Source: Hydrurus foetidus (Eukaryota). From it: a stretch of 62,616 nt of DNA. Positions within the stretch are counted from its first letter, which is position 1; every line of letters begins with the position of its first letter. Of this stretch, positions 58,518 to 62,616 are shown in pieces. The stretch spans positions 1-62,616 of the forward strand of contig UYFQ01000803.1 in the NCBI GenBank assembly GCA_900617105.1, read 5' to 3'. Position numbers and translations under genes: made by a program. The notes beneath the pieces are model-generated. The model saw only the letters and a program-made list of their open reading frames with translations. It searched no databases and was not told the origin of the DNA.

Positions 58518-59234
58518 ATGATGCCTCCCGATCTTGTTGTCACCGATATCGACGCCCCCAAGCGCCCTCGTGGCCGCCCTCGCAAAACGGTGGACGAGCG
58601 CGACGACGGCAACCGCCGCCACGAACTGCTCAGGGCCGCAGCCCAGCTGTTTCGTCGCAAGGGCTTTGCGGCCACCACCACGCGTGACATTGCCGCTGCT
58701 GCCGGCATGCAAAGCGGTTCGCCGTTCTACCACTTCAAAAGCAAAGATGATCTGCTGTTTGCGGTGATGGAAGAGGGCATGCGGGCTGCCATCGCACGCC
58801 AGAGTACGGCCCTTGACGCGCTGAATTCGGCAGCTCCACTGCTATTGAATTCGCAGCTGCCAACACCTGTCCAAACTACACAAGAAGCACTTTTTACGGT
58901 ACTGGTGCGCAACCATCTTGACATTTTGCTGGGCCCCGATGCGGACTTCATCCCCGTGATGCTGTACGAGTGGCGCAGCCTCAACCCGCGCCAGCGCAAG
59001 CAAATCACCCTCATCAAAGACGAGTACGAAGCCGTGTGGACGCCGGTGCTGCTGGCCCTCCATGCCGCAGGGCGTTTGGGCTGCGAGGTCAAACTGGCTC
59101 GACTGATGATTTTTGGTGCGTTGAACTGGACGGCGCAGTGGTACGACCCGCGCAAAGTCACCCAAGGCGGGGCATCGCTGGACGACTTGACCACCGCCGC
59201 TATCGCGCTTTTTTTGAACAAGGACACCGCATGA
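58518..59234 (+). CDS. TetR family regulator (AtuR-like)
   Basis: AAQLFRRKGFAATTTRDIAAAAGMQSGSPFYHFKSK, MLYEWRSL, GALNWTAQWY. Confidence 0.88.
   Translation: MMPPDLVVTDIDAPKRPRGRPRKTVDERDDGNRRHELLRAAAQLFRRKGFAATTTRDIAAAAGMQSGSPFYHFKSKDDLLFAVMEEGMRAAIARQSTALDALNSAAPLLLNSQLPTPVQTTQEALFTVLVRNHLDILLGPDADFIPVMLYEWRSLNPRQRKQITLIKDEYEAVWTPVLLALHAAGRLGCEVKLARLMIFGALNWTAQWYDPRKVTQGGASLDDLTTAAIALFLNKDTA
58841..58895 (+). repeat. 55-bp interspersed repeat, degenerate copy D (inside TetR CDS)
   Basis: GCTATTGAATTCGCAGCTGCC matches copy E at 19/21; 3' half diverged but retains C.AGA-N6-TTT spacing. Confidence 0.6.
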
Positions 59235-60163
59235 CCACCTCAACAGCTTCATCACACGACCGCTCCGCTTATCGCTCAATTTTCACGCCCGGCCTGTTGG
59301 CAGGCAAAGTCATCATCGTCACCGGTGGCGGCTCAGGCATTGGGCGTTGCACCGCGCACGAGTTGGCCGCACTGGGTGCCCATGTGGTGCTGGTGGGGCG
59401 TAACTTGGAAAAGCTTCAAATCACCGCTGCCGAGATCGCGGCTGACAGTCTGGAAGCTGGCGGCACAGTGAGTTTTCACACCTGCGACATCCGACAAGAA
59501 GACGCTGTGAAGCAGACCATCGCCGCCATCGTCGCCGCACAGGGCCGCATTGACGGGCTGGTCAACAACGCGGGCGGCCAGTACATGACACCGCTGGAAG
59601 CCATCAGCGCCAAGGGTTGGGATGCGGTGGTACACACCAATCTGACTGGCGGGTTCCTGATGGCGCGTGAATGCTATGTACAGGCCATGAGCAAGTACGG
59701 CGGTTCCATCGTCAACATCGTGGCCGACATGTGGGGTTCCATGCCCGGCATGGGCCACAGCGGCGCGGCGCGCGCCGGCATGGTCAGCTTTACCGAGACC
59801 GCGGCTACCGAATGGGCCGGCCGTGGCGTGCGCGTGAATGCGGTGGCCCCCGGCTACATCGCCTCCAGCGGCATGGATCACTATCCTGCTGAGATGGGCC
59901 CCATGTTGCGCGAGATGGCCAAGACCGTGCCCTTAGGCCGCTTTGGCACCGAGGCCGAGACTGCTGCGGGCATCGTGTTTTTGCTGAGTCCCGCGGCGGC
60001 CTTTATCAGCGGCAGCACGCTGCGTATCGACGGCGCGCGGCCCCAGGTGCGCATGGGTTGGCCCATGCGTGTAGCCGATGAGAAGGCGCAGGCGCGCGAT
60101 GCCATTAAGCCCTTCAACGGCTTTCACCGGGCCAGCACACCCATAGTGTTCTCCGGCAGCTGA
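59231..60163 (+). CDS. SDR oxidoreductase (AtuB/citronellol dehydrogenase-like)
   Basis: YRSIF.PGL..VTGGGSGIGRCTAHELAALGA, NNAGGQY, HSGAARAG. Confidence 0.85.
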   Translation: MTTSTASSHDRSAYRSIFTPGLLAGKVIIVTGGGSGIGRCTAHELAALGAHVVLVGRNLEKLQITAAEIAADSLEAGGTVSFHTCDIRQEDAVKQTIAAIVAAQGRIDGLVNNAGGQYMTPLEAISAKGWDAVVHTNLTGGFLMARECYVQAMSKYGGSIVNIVADMWGSMPGMGHSGAARAGMVSFTETAATEWAGRGVRVNAVAPGYIASSGMDHYPAEMGPMLREMAKTVPLGRFGTEAETAAGIVFLLSPAAAFISGSTLRIDGARPQVRMGWPMRVADEKAQARDAIKPFNGFHRASTPIVFSGS

Positions 60164-60167
60164 CGCG

Positions 60168-60656
60168 ATGCGAACCGCATCCCAAGCGCCCGCGAACAAT
60201 CCGTTCGAGCCCGAGTTTTTGGAGGGACTGCGCCACATTTTTGAGCACAGCATCGCCTTCAATCAGGTGTTGGGGCTGAAGATTGACAGCATCACGCCGC
60301 AGCGCGTGGTGGCACACATCGCCATGAAACCCGAGCTGGTGGGGCACTACAGCTTCAACCGCATCCACGGCGGCGTCATCAGCGCGGGGCTGGACGCCAT
60401 GGGCGGCCTGGCGGTGATGGCAGCCATCGGCGCACGCCACATGGACGAGGCGCCGTTGCAACGCCTGCACCGCTTTGCCAAGCTGGGCACCATCGATTTG
60501 CGGGTGGACTACCTGCGGCCCGGCATTGGGGAGAGCTTCGAGTTGCGTGCTGAAGTCATGCGCCTGGGCTCACGCGTGGCCTCCACGCGCATGGAGTTTC
60601 TGGGTGCCGACGGCAAGCTGCTGTCCACCGGCGCGGCGGCCTATATCGTTTCTTGA
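60168..60656 (+). CDS. PaaI/YigI-like thioesterase
   Basis: IHGGVISAGLD, GTIDLRVDYLRPG. Confidence 0.9.
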   Translation: MRTASQAPANNPFEPEFLEGLRHIFEHSIAFNQVLGLKIDSITPQRVVAHIAMKPELVGHYSFNRIHGGVISAGLDAMGGLAVMAAIGARHMDEAPLQRLHRFAKLGTIDLRVDYLRPGIGESFELRAEVMRLGSRVASTRMEFLGADGKLLSTGAAAYIVS

Positions 60657-60659
60657 TTT

Positions 60660-60714
60660 GCTATTGAATTAGTAGCTGCCTGCGCAATATCTGTGCGGGC
60701 TAGAGGGTTATTTG
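60660..60714 (+). repeat. 55-bp interspersed repeat, copy E (intergenic)
   Basis: GCTATTGAATTAGTAGCTGCCTGCGCAATATCTGTGCGGGCTAGAGGGTTATTTG. Confidence 0.85.
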
Positions 60715-60756
60715 TCTATGACAGTACTCCCTGTGGCGTAGACCGCAATAGCCAAC

Positions 60757-60781
60757 AAAAAGCCACCTCCCGGTGGCTTTT
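60757..60781. terminator. Bidirectional intrinsic terminator
   Basis: AAAAAGCCACC-TCCC-GGTGGCTTTT between convergent genes. Confidence 0.8.
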
Positions 60782-60799
60782 GCATAAGACGCAAACGCC

Positions 60800-61978
60800 T
60801 TACTTCTTCACCGCCGGATCCCCCACATACTCCGATACCACCTTCCACTTGCCATCGGTGATTTGTGAAATACGGGAGGCGCTGCTGCCCAGGCGCTTTG
60901 TGGCGCTGAAGGACTGGGGGGCGCTGCCGAAAATGTCGGACGGGACGCTCAGTGTGTCCATCACCTTGATGAAGCTCTCGGTGTTCAGGTTCTTGCCCGC
61001 CTTGCCCGCTACGGTGGCAAAGGTGTTGAGGATGCTGTAGCCGTAGACCGAGAACACGGTGGGGTCTTCATTGAATTTGGTCTTGTACTTGTTGGCCCAG
61101 AAGCGGATGGCGGGTGCCTGCTCATCGGTGTAGGGGTTTTGCACCGTCATGGTGGCGTAGAAGCCGTTCATGGCGGGGCCACCCAACTTGTGAATCAGGT
61201 CGGTGTAGGACGCACTGGACCCGATGAACGTGGGGCTATAGCCCAGCTTGCGGGCCGTGCCGATGGCGCCAATGGTCTCGCGGATGATGGTGCCCAACAC
61301 GATGAAGTCGCAGCCGCCGGCCTGCATCTTGGACACCTGCGAGGAAAAGTCCGTGGCGCCGCGTTTGTACGACGTCTTCTCGGCAAACTCCATGCCGATG
61401 GTCTTCAAACCATCTTCGCCGCCCTTCAGCACCTCCAGTCCAAAGTCGTCGTCCTGGTACATGGTGCAGACCTTCTTGGCGCCTTTTTCCTTCACCAGTT
61501 TGGGCACTGCCAAGCGCATCTGGTCGTAGTAGGGGGCGGCATACGAGTACTTGAGCTTGTGGAAGGGTTCGTACATCTCGCGCGCCGCGGTGATCGGGAA
61601 GAAGTTGATCACGTTCTTCTCAAACTGCACGGGCATGGCGGCCATGTTTTGCGCGGTGCCAATGTGGCCCACCATCATGAAGATCTTGTCCTGGTTGACC
61701 AGCTTCTGCGCGGCCAGCACCGCCTTCTTGGGGTCGTAGGCCGAGTCTTCAACAAGGATTTTTACCTTGCGGCCGTTGATGCCGCCTTGCTCGTTGATCT
61801 CGTCGACGGCCAGCAACATGCCCAGGCGGGCTTGCTTGCCAAAGCCGGCGATGGGGCCGGACAAGTCCTGAATGGAGCCCAGCAAGATTTCGTCCTTGCT
61901 GATGCCCTGTTGGGCCGAAGCCAGCGAAGCCGTCAGGGCCAGCGTGCCCAGGGCCATCGCGGTGCGCAGTTTCATCAT
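60800..61978 (-). CDS. ABC substrate-binding protein (Liv type)
   Basis: Signal peptide; DLSGP, INEQGGINGRK, EDSAYDPKKA; GGAG RBS. Confidence 0.9.
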   Translation of the reverse strand: MMKLRTAMALGTLALTASLASAQQGISKDEILLGSIQDLSGPIAGFGKQARLGMLLAVDEINEQGGINGRKVKILVEDSAYDPKKAVLAAQKLVNQDKIFMMVGHIGTAQNMAAMPVQFEKNVINFFPITAAREMYEPFHKLKYSYAAPYYDQMRLAVPKLVKEKGAKKVCTMYQDDDFGLEVLKGGEDGLKTIGMEFAEKTSYKRGATDFSSQVSKMQAGGCDFIVLGTIIRETIGAIGTARKLGYSPTFIGSSASYTDLIHKLGGPAMNGFYATMTVQNPYTDEQAPAIRFWANKYKTKFNEDPTVFSVYGYSILNTFATVAGKAGKNLNTESFIKVMDTLSVPSDIFGSAPQSFSATKRLGSSASRISQITDGKWKVVSEYVGDPAVKK

Positions 61979-62024
61979 GGTGGTGTCTCCTCAGTGGTTA
62001 AAGAGCTGGGCAGCGGGGCGCCGC

Positions 62025-62616
62025 TCAGTGGTACATAGCCTCTATCTGGGCTTCGTATTTCTTCTCCACCAGCTTGCGCTTGAGCTTCATGGTGGGTGTG
62101 AGTTCTTCATCTTCTGCGGTCAACTGGTTTTCCAGCAAGAAGAATTTTTTGATCTGCTCCACGCGGGCAAACTTCAGGTTCACCCGGTCAAGCTCAGCCT
62201 GGATCAGCGCTTGCACCTCAGGCGCGCGGGTGAGCGACGTGTAGTTGCTGAACGGCACATCGGCGTCCTGGGCAAACTTCTCCACGTTCTCCTGGTCGAT
62301 CATGACAATCACTGTCAGGTACGCACGTTTGTCGCCAATCACCACCGCGTCGGTGATGTAGGGCGAGAACTTCAGGTCGTTCTCCAGCTCGCTCGGCGTG
62401 ATGTTTTTGCCACCTGCGGTGATGATGATGTCCTTCATGCGGTCGGTGATGCGGAAGTAGCCATCTGCGTCAACCACCCCCACGTCACCCGTGTGCAGCC
62501 AACCGTCAGCGGTGAGGGTCTCGGCGGTCTTTTCGGGCTGGTTCAGGTAACCCGCGAACACGTTTTTCCCGCGCACCAGAAACTCGCCCGTGGCTGGGTC
62601 CAGCTTCACTTCATTG
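62025..62616 (-). CDS. Long-chain acyl-CoA ligase, C-terminal part (runs off window)
   Basis: GWLHTGDVG, DRMKDIIITAGGKN, ELTPTMKLKR. Confidence 0.9.
   Translation of the reverse strand, partial: NEVKLDPATGEFLVRGKNVFAGYLNQPEKTAETLTADGWLHTGDVGVVDADGYFRITDRMKDIIITAGGKNITPSELENDLKFSPYITDAVVIGDKRAYLTVIVMIDQENVEKFAQDADVPFSNYTSLTRAPEVQALIQAELDRVNLKFARVEQIKKFFLLENQLTAEDEELTPTMKLKRKLVEKKYEAQIEAMYH

Overview
High-GC betaproteobacterial chromosome segment; gene content and order suggest Comamonadaceae (Rhodoferax/Acidovorax-like), which is an inference. Left to right: an IS1380 element and a GIY-YIG/T5orf172 nuclease gene; a Crp/Fnr-regulated acyl-CoA ligase + Liv-type ABC uptake operon; a neutral-lipid/granule cluster (PHA-granule-region protein, ACBP, WS/DGAT, TetR, patatin, PhaF-like phasin, frameshifted fatty acyl-CoA reductase); a ~22-25 kb accessory island made of nested IS remnants, a tyrosine-recombinase + IS91-type element and an AT-rich surface-glycan cluster ending in hns and a wbpM/capD-like gene; then argB, a two-component system, slmA, a TetR-controlled beta-oxidation operon, AtuR/AtuB-like genes and the end of a second ligase/ABC operon. 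No rRNA, tRNA or CRISPR array was seen. Most notable observations: (1) a 55-bp ungapped interspersed repeat in 5 copies, two of them read in frame inside proteins; (2) a wax-ester locus organised like the Pseudomonas PHA granule locus; (3) a recombinase-IS91 element whose empty site can be rebuilt from an intact IS5 in the same window; (4) a 54-bp micro-IS5; (5) inverted IS630-like ends bracketing the glycan island. Several single-base indels (9905, 9986, 19268-19750) look like assembly errors. All family calls come from motif recognition, not database searches.
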